Source of the DNA: Patescibacteria group bacterium
GTDB taxonomy: Bacteria; Patescibacteriota; Minisyncoccia; Phycocordibacterales; UBA2100
Assembly (NCBI GenBank): GCA_024654485.1
Contig: JANLHO010000004.1
Coordinates: forward strand, 1-39,118
Length of the DNA stretch: 39,118 nt
Direction: 5' to 3'
Shown here: one piece after another, positions 17,444-28,465 of the stretch
Layout of the letters: the number at the start of each line of letters is the position of its first letter
How positions within the stretch are numbered: position 1 is the stretch's first letter
The notes under the pieces: model-generated
The model's input: the letters and a program-made list of their open reading frames with translations, nothing else
Databases searched by the model: none
Told to the model about the DNA's origin: nothing
Position numbers and translations under genes: made by a program

Positions 17444-18985
17444 CTACAATCCTGCGAGCTGCTGGTTGAGCTTGGCGCGGGTCTTGGGTCCGACGTAGCC
17501 GTACCCGGGATTGCCCGCTTTCGCAATGCCGTATTTAATCTGAAATTTCTCCACGGCGTGGGTCGTGGCCGGCCCGAAGTAGCTGGTCTCGCGTCCGGGC
17601 GAGCCCGCTCCACTCTCGGCAACCAGCGTGTCTGTATCGGTGTTGAGGAGTTCCTGTAGCCTGCGAACGTCATCGCCCGTGGCACCGAAATCAAGTCCAC
17701 GTGTGAAAGCTGATGCGGAAGATACCGAGCCGCTGGTCGCGACCGGCTGCGATGCCACTCCTTTGAGGACTCCCCACATGTTGGGATCCTGCCCGCCGTC
17801 CAGCTTAAATATCGCGATGCCGCGCACTCCGAGCTTTTTCGCGAGCGCAACCTTCTGCGCTATGGACGCCGCGTCGGGCCAATCCATGAGACGGAACGTC
17901 AGGTGAGAGTTGTACGAGTCCGCGTACAAGGATGCGGCCGTAGCCGCCAAGAGCGCCGACATCGGCGCGGCCACGACGGGTGCCGTACCGGAATCCGTCG
18001 GCGTATATGTGAAGTGGATCTCGCCTGCGGTATTGCGCTGCGGCATCACGCCGTACTGCGCCGCAATGGGCAATGCGTAGCCCGGATTAAAAGTCCAGAG
18101 TATCTTGTAGACATAGTCGCTTCCCGCATACACCGTCACGTCATATTCATAACCGTACGTCGGGACTCCTATCAGGATCTTGCTTCTATCTATGTCCCTC
18201 GCCATCAGATTTACCACCTTTTCCACCCACAGAGGATCGGCTACCGGCGCGTAGAGTTGCGAGGAGGACGCGGCAGCCGCGCTAAGCGCCAGATCTATTC
18301 CCTGCTGATCGTACGCCATTATCTTTACGCGATCACAGTATTTGTTTATCTCCACGAGGTCGTTGGCATAGATGCCGGCGTCCGGAGGAGTGTCGGTACC
18401 GTAGTAGCGACTGCCGATCGGAGTGCGCGCCTCTATGTCGCACATCACCCACTTATTCCCCATGCGCTGATACAGACCCTTTAGAAAGGTGGAGAAGTAA
18501 TCCTTATCTGCCGCGTACTTGCCTTCAAAATCTATCTCTATGCCGTCAAATCCTTTTTCTTTCACGAGATCCGCGATTCGGTCTTCCAGAGCGATGCGCG
18601 AAGCCGTGTCGCTGAGTATCTTGTGCAGAAGTGCTCCGTTCCCTGTCATAACCGTAGGGATGACGCGAACCTTTTTCGCACGGGCCGCGGCGATGAAGCT
18701 CTTCCACGGCTCCTCGTCAAGATTGCCGTTGTCCGAAAGCGTGCCATCGTTTTTTAGCGTGTACACGAAAGGGTTGACCTCGGTGAGATCGTCAAGGTGA
18801 GGCAGGACATCAATCGTACCCGTCGCCGCGCGCCAGTACGGTATCCAGCCCGACACCTCAAACCCGCCGGATGAAGGAGTCGCGGCGGAAGCCGTGAAAG
18901 GCAGCCCCAAAAAAACGAGAGCCGTCAGTGCGACGCATCGCCCGATCATGTGCATATATATCGTCTGACGTACTGCATTACTCAT
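17444..18985 (-). CDS. Secreted glycoside hydrolase family 18 protein with a C-terminal peptidoglycan-binding (PG_binding_1-like) domain
   Basis: GFDGIEIDFEGKY (D-x-x-D-x-D-x-E catalytic motif). C-terminus reads GDDVRRLQELLN...FGPATTHAVEKFQIKYGI...GYVGPKTRAKLN. Confidence 0.85.
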   Translation of the reverse strand: MSNAVRQTIYMHMIGRCVALTALVFLGLPFTASAATPSSGGFEVSGWIPYWRAATGTIDVLPHLDDLTEVNPFVYTLKNDGTLSDNGNLDEEPWKSFIAAARAKKVRVIPTVMTGNGALLHKILSDTASRIALEDRIADLVKEKGFDGIEIDFEGKYAADKDYFSTFLKGLYQRMGNKWVMCDIEARTPIGSRYYGTDTPPDAGIYANDLVEINKYCDRVKIMAYDQQGIDLALSAAAASSSQLYAPVADPLWVEKVVNLMARDIDRSKILIGVPTYGYEYDVTVYAGSDYVYKILWTFNPGYALPIAAQYGVMPQRNTAGEIHFTYTPTDSGTAPVVAAPMSALLAATAASLYADSYNSHLTFRLMDWPDAASIAQKVALAKKLGVRGIAIFKLDGGQDPNMWGVLKGVASQPVATSGSVSSASAFTRGLDFGATGDDVRRLQELLNTDTDTLVAESGAGSPGRETSYFGPATTHAVEKFQIKYGIAKAGNPGYGYVGPKTRAKLNQQLAGL

Positions 18986-19025
18986 TTCTTACACATTATA
19001 CAAATCGTACACAGTGCGTCAGCCC

Positions 19026-19400
19026 CTAGCGAACCACTATCGTCGCGGAAAAATCATCATTCACCAATTTACAGGTGCCTATGGCTATCGCCTCAAGGCG
19101 TACCGAGTAGAGAGGAGTCTCTTTCTTGGCGGTACCGGGAACTTCTCCCAGAACACTTTCGGGTATGCAATCCAGATGTTCCCTCGGATTGCTGTTCTCG
19201 TTCAGGGTGAGGGTAAAGCGCGTTGTGACCCCGTACGTAAAAGTCTTACCCCTATCCTCCTGATATATGTCGTGCGGACACTCCCCCATCTTGCACGGCT
19301 CCGAGTCGGCAGGCGCAAATGCCTGCAGCTTGTACATGCTCCAGAGCAGGGCGCCGATAAAAATAACCGGTATAATCGCCGTAGCAAAAACGGGCCTCAT
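19026..19400 (-). CDS. Small secreted protein, unknown function
   Basis: 124-aa ORF with an N-terminal TM/signal and four Cys. No family recognised. Confidence 0.5.
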   Translation of the reverse strand: MRPVFATAIIPVIFIGALLWSMYKLQAFAPADSEPCKMGECPHDIYQEDRGKTFTYGVTTRFTLTLNENSNPREHLDCIPESVLGEVPGTAKKETPLYSVRLEAIAIGTCKLVNDDFSATIVVR

Positions 19401-19415
19401 GCACGAATTGTAGCA

Positions 19416-20069
19416 TCAGTACCAAGTCGCCTCGCCGTCCCCTGTGAGCGGAATTGTCGGTCCGAGGTATTTCGGCTCGCGACGCATAACGACATCAAAA
19501 AGCGCCTTTAGCGAGGCGGGTACTTCTCGTGCATAATCGCGCACGGAGCCGGAGCCGGAGCCGGACGATGCGACTCCTACGGCATCCAGCCCTAAGCGTC
19601 GCGCTATCCAAAGCGCGCGCGGCAGGTGGAAATCCTGCGTGACTATCACTACCGAGCTCGCCTCAAAAACCTCGTGCGCGCGGAACATGCTGCTGTATGT
19701 ATCAAAACCGGCATGATCCAGAAAAATATCTCCTGCGTGAATTCCCGCATCAAGCAGATACTTGCGAACCGGCGTAACCTCATCATGTGACAGAGCGCCG
19801 TTGTCGCCGGTGACGAGTATTTTCTTCACCTTGCCTGTCAGATAAAGCGCGATGGCGGTATCCGCGCGCGCAGCGAGTACAGGAGACGGCGCGCCTTTGA
19901 CCACTGATGCACCGAGTACTATCGCCGCTTGACTAGGAGGCACATCGCTCTGTGAGTAGACGTGCGCGCTCGTCGTCTCCCGCATGGATATCGGGATCAG
20001 GAAGCACGCGACCACTCCCGCGAGGACAAGAGCCAGAAGCTGCACCGGGCGCACCGACTTCACAGGCAT
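19416..20069 (-). CDS. SanA/YdcF (DUF218) family protein
   Basis: N-terminal TM. AIVLGASV...SPVLAARADTAIALY..GKVKKILVTGDN...EVTPVRKYL...IFLDHAGFDTYSS...VIVTQDFHLPRALWIAR. Confidence 0.8.
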   Translation of the reverse strand: MPVKSVRPVQLLALVLAGVVACFLIPISMRETTSAHVYSQSDVPPSQAAIVLGASVVKGAPSPVLAARADTAIALYLTGKVKKILVTGDNGALSHDEVTPVRKYLLDAGIHAGDIFLDHAGFDTYSSMFRAHEVFEASSVVIVTQDFHLPRALWIARRLGLDAVGVASSGSGSGSVRDYAREVPASLKALFDVVMRREPKYLGPTIPLTGDGEATWY

Positions 20070-20111
20070 ACACCCACATTATGCATCAGTGCGGCCCTCT
20101 AGAGTAGCGGG

Positions 20112-21818
20112 TTATTGCACCAGGAATGGCAGTGTTCCCGATGTTCCGTTCTGATTTTGCACCGAGACATTGTACTGTCCCGGGGTCACCTGCTGCACAT
20201 ATTGGGCGCAGTACATGTTGGGTGCGCAATAAGGCGAGAGATACTGCGGCACGGTGAATGTAAGCGTGGTGCCGTTGGGAGAGTAGACATTCGTTATAGC
20301 GCCGGAGCCGAAGAGGACGGTGTTGGCGTATGTGAATCCGGAGCCATAGACGGTGATTTGTGTCCCGACGGGTCCTGTGGTCGGCGTGAGCGAACTTATC
20401 GTGAGGGGACCCTGCGTACTTTGGCTGCTCACGGATACGGTCGCCGTAGCGCTGTTTGACTGACCGGAAGTATTTCTGACGGTGAAGCTGACGGTGCGCG
20501 TCCCGGCTGAGTAGTAGGTGTGCGTGAATGTAAGTGTCGTCTGACCCGTCACGTATGCAGCCTGAGGCTGCGCGGCCGCGTAGCCGTATTCTCCTTCATC
20601 ACCCCACGTTACGGATGTCGTAAGATATGTGCCTGATGGATTATTCACGGTTATGGTCCATGTCCCCTGCACGCCCGCCTGAAGAGTGGTAGGGCCGTTG
20701 ATGCCCGTTATGGTGGGCGCGATAGCGGAGGTGCCGAGCGAGGTTACCGTAAACGGCATGCTATTGGTGGAGAATCCCGCCGAATTGGTTACATACACCT
20801 GATACGCACCCATAGTAACGACCTGCGAGCCGAAGCCCGTAATCGTGCTTGGCACGGTGAACGAGACCGACTGGCCGTCTATTGAGGACAAGTTGGCGAT
20901 GATGCCGTTGCCGAAATGCACTGTGTTGCCCGATGTGGTGAAGCCGGAGCCAAAGACCGTCACTGACGCACCGACCCCTCCCTGCGAGGGGTTAAGGTAC
21001 GTGAGCACTGGCGCTTGGATATTGCTGTAAGGAGGCTGGTACTGGGGACAGTTGGAGTTGAAGTAGCCGTACTGGTATCCCTGACATCCGTATCCGCCGT
21101 ACGGCATCATTATCGTGAAGGTAAGCGCGTTACTCGTACCACGCGCGTTGGTGACCGTTATATTAACGGTCTGGCTATAGCCGTATGAGTAGTACTGCGG
21201 GACCGTGAATGTAAGCGACGTCCCGCTCTGCGAAGGAATGCCTGAGAGCGTCTGATTGCCGAAGTTGACGGTATTGCCCACCTGACCGAACCCGGTACCG
21301 TAGAGCGTTATCGACTGGCCGGGTGCGCCGGTATTTTGCGACATGGAAGTGAGCGCGAGCGCTCCGGTGCCGTAAGAATACGGATAGTTGAAGCTGTAAT
21401 TGTAGTTGTAAGGATAGCTCAGGTACGGATAGTTTTGCGTGTAGTACTGCGAACTCTGACCGGTGTAACTTTGTCCGCCACAACTGACGCGGGAGATGGC
21501 CGCGCGTGTCGCCGAATCAGCGACGCCGGTCTGCGGAAGTCCCTGCACTTGCTGGAAATTGCGTACTGCGGCCAAGGTCGCCGAACCGAAATATCCGGTT
21601 ATCATCCAACTCCCGCCGCCCGGGAAATTCTGACTGACCAGAAAGGTCTGGAGCTGCGAGACGTCACTGGCACGCGAACCGTACGAGAGATCTCTTGATA
21701 GGTTGACGCAAGTTCCGTATGAGCCTGTATACGTATACGGATAATACGTCTGCGCATACGAAACGGCTGCGCCGAAAAGGGTCAGCGCGGCAAGTCCTGA
21801 AACAAGTATTTTATTCAT
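20112..21818 (-). CDS. Secreted surface protein: PG-binding domain, Tyr-rich low-complexity linker, and repeated IPT/TIG-like and Ig-like domains
   Basis: Start placed at MNKILVSGLAALTLFGAAVSYAQ. Three copies of the G..G..(I/V)T(L/V)(Y/F)G(S/T)GF...NTV.FG...TFTVP module, plus the linker YYTQNYPYLSYPYNYNYSFNYPYSYG. Confidence 0.75.
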   Translation of the reverse strand: MNKILVSGLAALTLFGAAVSYAQTYYPYTYTGSYGTCVNLSRDLSYGSRASDVSQLQTFLVSQNFPGGGSWMITGYFGSATLAAVRNFQQVQGLPQTGVADSATRAAISRVSCGGQSYTGQSSQYYTQNYPYLSYPYNYNYSFNYPYSYGTGALALTSMSQNTGAPGQSITLYGTGFGQVGNTVNFGNQTLSGIPSQSGTSLTFTVPQYYSYGYSQTVNITVTNARGTSNALTFTIMMPYGGYGCQGYQYGYFNSNCPQYQPPYSNIQAPVLTYLNPSQGGVGASVTVFGSGFTTSGNTVHFGNGIIANLSSIDGQSVSFTVPSTITGFGSQVVTMGAYQVYVTNSAGFSTNSMPFTVTSLGTSAIAPTITGINGPTTLQAGVQGTWTITVNNPSGTYLTTSVTWGDEGEYGYAAAQPQAAYVTGQTTLTFTHTYYSAGTRTVSFTVRNTSGQSNSATATVSVSSQSTQGPLTISSLTPTTGPVGTQITVYGSGFTYANTVLFGSGAITNVYSPNGTTLTFTVPQYLSPYCAPNMYCAQYVQQVTPGQYNVSVQNQNGTSGTLPFLVQ

Positions 21819-22021
21819 ACGCGAGTGGCTAAAATACGGCTTTAAGCCAGTATTTATTGCTAAATAAATGCACGTCTGCCGCAACTATAGTGGCTGGCGA
21901 GCGGAATCGCAAGCATCGGCCTATGCTTATGATCCGCGAGCGACGACACTATGTGAGCGCAACGATTATGCAACAAACCTCATTTTTATGCAATAGTTTG
22001 CGTTTACCGCGAAATCCTCCC

Positions 22022-22046
22022 AAAAATATAAAGGACGGTCCTTTAT
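22022..22046 (-). terminator. Intrinsic terminator after the ABC ATPase gene
   Basis: Minus strand reads ATAAAGG-accgt-CCTTTAT followed by ATTTTTGGG, 8 nt after the stop at 22054. Confidence 0.6.
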
Positions 22047-22053
22047 CTTCTGA

Positions 22054-22761
22054 TTACGGACGTTTATCCGAAGCCGGTTCGCCGGAAAGTACGCGGCCGT
22101 CGTCTATGCGTACTATGCGCTCCGTCATGGCGCCGTATTCTTCCTCGTGAGTGACCATGACTATCGTCTGCCCGTCACTGTGAAGCTCCCGAAATATCCC
22201 CATGATCACGTCCGACGATTCGTGGTCCAGATTTGCCGTCGGCTCGTCGGCAAAGAGTATCTCCGGCCTCTCGGCGATGGCGCGCGCTATAGACACGCGC
22301 TGCTGTTCTCCGCCGGAGAGCGCACTCGGAAGATTCCCGAGGCGCGCAGAGAGTCCCACTCTTCCAAGCGCCGACTTCGCACGCTCTCTGGCGGCATCGT
22401 ACGAAAAGCGCTTCATAAGCAAGGGCAGGACAACGTTCTCAAGAGCGGTCAGCTCCGGCATGAGCGCGTATTCCTGGAAAACGAAGCCGAATTCGTAGAG
22501 ACGCATGCGCATTTTTTCGCGTTCCGTGAGGGTGTGCGCTTCACGTCCGTCTATATATATCTCGCCGGAGGTCGGCTCGTCCAAAAGGCTCATCTGATAG
22601 AGAAGCGTGGATTTGCCCGCGCCGGAGCGCCCCATTATGGAGACCCACTCTCCATTGGCGACATGGAAATCAATGCCCTTCAAGACCGGTGTCACGACCG
22701 TGCCGGTTTTGAACGTCTTTTCAAGATCGCGCGTCTCCAGCATGTAGTTAGTTTCGCTCAT
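22054..22761 (-). CDS. ABC transporter ATP-binding protein (MacB/LolD/DevA-type)
   Basis: GRSGAGKSTLL (Walker A), LSGGEQQRVSIARA (signature) and ILFADEPT (Walker B). Confidence 0.92.
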   Translation of the reverse strand: MSETNYMLETRDLEKTFKTGTVVTPVLKGIDFHVANGEWVSIMGRSGAGKSTLLYQMSLLDEPTSGEIYIDGREAHTLTEREKMRMRLYEFGFVFQEYALMPELTALENVVLPLLMKRFSYDAARERAKSALGRVGLSARLGNLPSALSGGEQQRVSIARAIAERPEILFADEPTANLDHESSDVIMGIFRELHSDGQTIVMVTHEEEYGAMTERIVRIDDGRVLSGEPASDKRP

Positions 22762-22771
22762 AACATGTTCT

Positions 22772-24034
22772 TCAGTTCCTTCCGAGGATTGAGTCTAGCG
22801 TGTTCTTGCGGACGATCATGCGCGCCGGAATGTAGCCCGCGATGACGGTCGCGAGCGCCAGAAGCGCCACGCGCAGCATCGTACCCGGCAGCGGTGCGAC
22901 GATTATGGCGTTGCTTATCGGAAGAACTATTGGGTGCGCGGAAACGTATGGCACGAGAAAGCCGTAAAGGACTAGGAGTCCTACCGTCACTCCTATCATC
23001 GCGTAGAAGAGAGACTGGAACATATAAGATATCTCTATCGCCTCCCCTGAAATACCGATGCCCTTGAGTATGCCGATGAATTTGCGTCGGGTGACGGCGT
23101 TGATGAATATAACGATGAATATAGTGATGGATGCGACGACGAGGCCGACGGAGCTTATGGCGTTGCCTATCTGGGCAAATGTGCTGCGAACCTCCTCCAC
23201 TCCGTTGGGTATGGCTTCTGAAAAAGTCTGAACGGTGGCCACGCGCCCGACGCCGCTATTTGTAAGAAGGTCTCGGAATGCTATCGGGTCATATCCCTCC
23301 TTCAGCCGTATCGCTATCTGGTTGACGTTGTAATCGTTGCGTCCCATCAATTCCCTGACTTCCTTTTCCGGCATGTACACGCCTGTCGCCAGGGGCGAGT
23401 TGGCTGTCGTGACGATTATCCCCTTTATCGTCACTTCGCGCGTGACACCGCCTATAGTGATACGGACTTTGCTTCCGGGATAGACATCGCGCAGTGGCGT
23501 GAGCCCCGGAACGTCGCCTCCGAAGGAGTAGCGGTCTATAAGTTGCGAGCCGATCAGTATCTCGTCGTAATCCGACGGCTCAAGGTATTGTCCTTCTCCT
23601 ACGAAAGAGGCGAGGTTGGAAAACTCATTCTCCGCAACCGGATCCACGCCGAATACGTTGGCGCCCGTGGAATTGGCTTTTTCATTCTGGTCCGTCCTGG
23701 TCTTGTAGTTTGCCTCTATGGTCGCGCCGGAAGCATAGCGCGCGGAAATGCGGTCTACCTGCGGCAAGCCCCGTATAAAAGCGATGATGTTCTGGCTGTT
23801 CTCTATGTAATTCTGCGTCTTCGGAGTTGATACGATTACGTCGCCGGTCTGCTGCTCGCGATACAGTTTGGATATGCCGTCCACTATGCCGACCAGCATT
23901 CCTGTCACGACGACAAGATTGAGGAAGGTCAGGAGCATTACGAAAACGATGAGGCCCGTGGTCCATATGCTGGAGCGGCGTATCTGCCTCTGCGCAAGAT
24001 ACCAACCTACGCGGATATCCAGTGGAGACATCAT
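22772..24034 (-). CDS. ABC transporter permease, FtsX/MacB-type (1 TM, large extracytoplasmic domain, 3 TM)
   Basis: 420 aa. Topology and the C-terminal FtsX-like region (RRKFIGILKGIGISG) fit the type. Confidence 0.85.
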   Translation of the reverse strand: MMSPLDIRVGWYLAQRQIRRSSIWTTGLIVFVMLLTFLNLVVVTGMLVGIVDGISKLYREQQTGDVIVSTPKTQNYIENSQNIIAFIRGLPQVDRISARYASGATIEANYKTRTDQNEKANSTGANVFGVDPVAENEFSNLASFVGEGQYLEPSDYDEILIGSQLIDRYSFGGDVPGLTPLRDVYPGSKVRITIGGVTREVTIKGIIVTTANSPLATGVYMPEKEVRELMGRNDYNVNQIAIRLKEGYDPIAFRDLLTNSGVGRVATVQTFSEAIPNGVEEVRSTFAQIGNAISSVGLVVASITIFIVIFINAVTRRKFIGILKGIGISGEAIEISYMFQSLFYAMIGVTVGLLVLYGFLVPYVSAHPIVLPISNAIIVAPLPGTMLRVALLALATVIAGYIPARMIVRKNTLDSILGRN

Positions 24035-24036
24035 GC

Positions 24037-25608
24037 CTACCTGGTGCTGTCGGGGTTGAGTAACACTACGTCTCCCGAGTTCAGGCCTGAAATTATCCTT
24101 ATATTCCCTATCGGCGAAGACTCGCCCGTCTCCACCGCGCGGTCTACGATAGCGTCTTCTTCCCGGACCTGCACGTAGGAAATACCGCTTTTCGTGAATA
24201 CGGCACCGCGCGGGACGCTTATCGTGTCGGGTATGTTCTGCGTCGTGATTATCACGTTGGCCGTCATTCCGGAGCGTATACGCGGGTCGGCTTTCGTGAA
24301 CTGCAGGGTCGTCTTGTAGGTGGAAACGCCGTTCACCGTCGTTTGCGCGGGGTCTATGGCTATGACGCGCGCGGTGAAGTATACGTCGGGGCCGTACGCG
24401 TCCAGAGTCGTTGAGGCGCTGTCTCCCAGCTCTATCTGTGCTATATCCACCTCCGGAATAAAACTCTCTATCTCAAAAACTCCGTTGCTTATCATGGATA
24501 CTACCGGCGTGTTGGGTGAGACTATCTGCCCCACTTTCGCGTCCATATTTGTGACAGTGCCGGAAAAAGGAGCGCGCAGGACCGTTTTCGCGAGCTGCAC
24601 GCGTGCGCTCTGGAGATCTGCACTCGCTGCAGCCACGCTTGCTTCTTGAGCCATAATGTCCTGCGCGCTCGCTCCCGCGCGCTTCAGGGCGAGCGCGGCC
24701 TCAAGCTGCTGCACCGTTATCTTCTGCGCCGCGATATTCTGAGCGGAAGTGTTCACGCTTGAGAGCGCGGCATTGACCGCCGTCGCGGCCGTTGTCACGC
24801 TGGCCTTCAAGGTATCGGTGGACGAGACACCCGGCGGAGTAGTGATGGCGTCTTGCGCCACGCGCGCCGCGACATTGAGGAAATCCTTGATACGGGCGAG
24901 GTGCAAGGACGCGCGTGCGAGAGCCGCATCAAGTGCCTCTGAGTCCGTCGTCGCGGTGAGCATGTATATGTCGCCGGCCCATGCATCCAGCTCTTTCCCC
25001 GCGTTATAACGTTTTGTTTTTATGTCCGTTACGGCCTGCGAGTCGGATGATGAAAAAGTCAGCTGAGGGTCGGTGTCCGCGTTGGAGAAGAAGGCCGTCA
25101 ACTGTGTTCGCACGGCATCATCCGCTTTCGTGTACGCGCTCGCGATCGTGTCAATCGCGCTAGCGTACATGTTGACAAGGTCCTGAGCCGCTTTCGCCGC
25201 TTGTGCTTCGGCCACCTGTATGTCTTCCGTACGCGCTCCGACCTTCAGCCCCTCCAGTTTGGCTTCCTGCATCGCAAGCGTGGCTTCTTTTTGCGCCACA
25301 CTCGCAGATAAGTCGCCGGATGAGAGCGACGCGAGAGGGGCTCCTGCTCCGACAACCTGCCCCACGGACGCGTGCACTGCGCTCACGCGCCCGCTCTGCT
25401 CAAAGCCTAGGTTCACCTCATGCGCGGCTTTGACGGCTCCGGCTATTGAAACCTGCTCCACGAAATCACCGGGCTGCACGACTATGACCGCTTCGGGCCC
25501 GCTCTGCCTCGCGGATACGAGCATCCACGCGCCCGACATCGCCACAAGGGCGACCGCAGTCCACACGACAACCCTCCTCGTCATGAATTTAGATAGGTAA
25601 TTTGTCAT
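24037..25608 (-). CDS. HlyD-family periplasmic adaptor / membrane-fusion protein with a long coiled coil
   Basis: N-terminal TM, lipoyl-like half motifs (VGQVVGAGAPLASL ... RAPFSGTVTNMDAKVGQIV), a long Ala-rich hairpin and a C-terminal beta-barrel. Confidence 0.85.
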   Translation of the reverse strand: MTNYLSKFMTRRVVVWTAVALVAMSGAWMLVSARQSGPEAVIVVQPGDFVEQVSIAGAVKAAHEVNLGFEQSGRVSAVHASVGQVVGAGAPLASLSSGDLSASVAQKEATLAMQEAKLEGLKVGARTEDIQVAEAQAAKAAQDLVNMYASAIDTIASAYTKADDAVRTQLTAFFSNADTDPQLTFSSSDSQAVTDIKTKRYNAGKELDAWAGDIYMLTATTDSEALDAALARASLHLARIKDFLNVAARVAQDAITTPPGVSSTDTLKASVTTAATAVNAALSSVNTSAQNIAAQKITVQQLEAALALKRAGASAQDIMAQEASVAAASADLQSARVQLAKTVLRAPFSGTVTNMDAKVGQIVSPNTPVVSMISNGVFEIESFIPEVDIAQIELGDSASTTLDAYGPDVYFTARVIAIDPAQTTVNGVSTYKTTLQFTKADPRIRSGMTANVIITTQNIPDTISVPRGAVFTKSGISYVQVREEDAIVDRAVETGESSPIGNIRIISGLNSGDVVLLNPDSTR

Positions 25609-25663
25609 ACGGGAAAGTATAAAACACGGTTACTGTATCACGAGCAGCCGCTGTACAGAAGGC

Positions 25664-26287
25664 TCATTTCGGGACAGAGCCGACCGGGCGTATCTCCTTC
25701 CCCTTCACCTTCCCCTCTCCGTCTACCTCGTAGCAATAGACGTCGCCGAAACCTATCTCAAGCTTGTGGATATGCTCATCGGCTATCTCTTCAAGATGCT
25801 TCACGAGGGCGCGGAGCGAATTGCCATGTGCGACGACGAGCGCGTTGTGTCCGGAGATGAGATCGGGGCGGATGTGTCCCTCAAAATACGGGACAACGCG
25901 CGCGTGCACGTCTTTAAGATTCTCTCCTCCCATGACCACCGCATCCCACCCGCGGCGGATGTTGTGAAATTCCTCCTCGCCTACCTCGTCGCGCACCTGC
26001 CACTTGTTCTTGCCGGCATGCACGCCGTAGTCGCGCTCGTTGAGCGCGTGATGCGCCTTGTGCTCCACTACGAGCCCCAAGACCTCCCGTATCTCATGAA
26101 GGGTCTGGTGCGCGCGCTTCAGGGCCGATACGTGGATTTTGTGGATGGGGATGTCGCGTATGGCTTCCCCCGCGCGGCGCGCGTCTTCCTTACCCTCCGG
26201 CGCCAAATCCACGTCCGTAAGCCCCGTCCAGAGGCCTAGCTTGTTGTACTCGGAAGTGCCGTGCCTTATGAGGACAAGATAGGCCAT
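25664..26287 (-). CDS. gpmA: 2,3-bisphosphoglycerate-dependent phosphoglycerate mutase (short form)
   Basis: LIRHGTSEYN (RHG motif), LNERDYG and VVAHGNSLRALVKHLE. Confidence 0.85.
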   Translation of the reverse strand: MAYLVLIRHGTSEYNKLGLWTGLTDVDLAPEGKEDARRAGEAIRDIPIHKIHVSALKRAHQTLHEIREVLGLVVEHKAHHALNERDYGVHAGKNKWQVRDEVGEEEFHNIRRGWDAVVMGGENLKDVHARVVPYFEGHIRPDLISGHNALVVAHGNSLRALVKHLEEIADEHIHKLEIGFGDVYCYEVDGEGKVKGKEIRPVGSVPK

Positions 26288-26289
26288 GT

Positions 26290-27657
<1,368 letters not shown>

Positions 27658-27684
27658 TTATTTTTTTCAGGCAGGTTCTATATA

Positions 27685-28338
27685 TCATAGCGTATTTTTG
27701 CTGTCGCCCAGAAGCGATATAACCTGCGCATCGGTGAGTTGCGGGAAATCTATGTAGTGCGCGCCGACCGCCCCCAAAAAGTTCTCCGGCGGCTCCAGTA
27801 CGACCACTTCCGCGCCCTCGGATTCAAGGGCCGAAACCGCATCAAGTGGCGCGACGGGCACAGCCGCGACGACCTTGGCGGCTCCCTGCTTTTTTGCGCG
27901 GCGAACGGCAAGACGCATGGTGTGGCCCGTCGCAATTCCATCGTCCACGATGATAGCCACCTTGCCGCGGAGCGCTAAGGGGGCGCGATGACCCCTGTAT
28001 AGAGCGAGGCGTCTTTTCGCCTCCTCTTTTTGCTCCGCCGCCTCCCGCTCTATCCATGCGGGGTCTACTGATGCGGCGTCCGCCTCGTTGAGAAAGCGCT
28101 CGCCCGTCTCGTCCACGGCGCCGAGCGCGTACTCCGGCGCTCCCGGGTGCCCTATCTTGCGGACCGCGATTATGTCCAGAGGAAGACCGAGTGCACGCGC
28201 GACTTCCGCCGCGACCGCGACACCGCCGCGCGGCAATCCGACAACGACCGCATCCTTCCCTCCTGCCCGAGCAGGCAGGCGATACGCCAAGAGCGCTTCG
28301 GCGAGCCGCCTTCCGGCATCGCGCCTATTCTCAAACAT
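27685..28338 (-). CDS. Phosphoribosyltransferase-family protein (type I PRT fold)
   Basis: VVVGLPRGGVAVA and the PRPP-binding loop VAIIVDDGIATGHTM. Confidence 0.8.
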   Translation of the reverse strand: MFENRRDAGRRLAEALLAYRLPARAGGKDAVVVGLPRGGVAVAAEVARALGLPLDIIAVRKIGHPGAPEYALGAVDETGERFLNEADAASVDPAWIEREAAEQKEEAKRRLALYRGHRAPLALRGKVAIIVDDGIATGHTMRLAVRRAKKQGAAKVVAAVPVAPLDAVSALESEGAEVVVLEPPENFLGAVGAHYIDFPQLTDAQVISLLGDSKNTL

Positions 28339-28344
28339 GTCCTA

Positions 28345-28350
28345 ATTATA
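28345..28350 (-). promoter_or_regulatory. Candidate -10 box (TATAAT) 6 nt upstream of the PRT start codon, predicting a leaderless mRNA
   Basis: Minus strand reads gcgcgcTATAATtaggacATG. No Shine-Dalgarno sequence can fit in the gap. Confidence 0.35.
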
Positions 28351-28396
28351 GCGCGCGTCGCGTGAATCAGAGAAAGAAGGGGATTAGAGAAAAATA

Positions 28397-28430
28397 GTAT
28401 ATACCATGGTATATACCATAGTATGTACTA
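28397..28430. repeat. 12-bp tandem repeat (2.8 copies) containing a perfect 18-bp palindrome; probable operator
   Basis: GTATATACCATG / GTATATACCATA / GTATGTACTA. TATATACCATGGTATATA (28398-28415) is its own reverse complement. Confidence 0.8.
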
Positions 28431-28465
28431 CATCAGCGCGTACCTCGGCCCTGACGCACGCTGCG

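Noticed and set aside
17347-17850. 167-aa minus-strand ORF overlapping the 3' part of the GH18 gene
   Set aside because: It is out of frame with a well-supported gene, and its Arg/Pro/Ser-rich translation has no recognisable features.
21819-21884. 22-codon extension at the start of the surface-protein ORF. Analogous extensions occur at 5662-5691 (ppiB), 8780-8875 and 16358-16384 (TTG start of typA).
   Set aside because: In each case an internal Met gives a canonical N-terminus: a signal peptide, a conserved family start, or [17 protein letters not shown] for typA.
28397-28430. CRISPR-like or other arrayed repeats. The 12-bp tandem repeat here and the 9-bp tandem repeat at 29442-29468 were both considered.
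   Set aside because: The units are far too short, are directly abutting with no spacers, and number fewer than 3 copies. No CRISPR array is present anywhere in the window.
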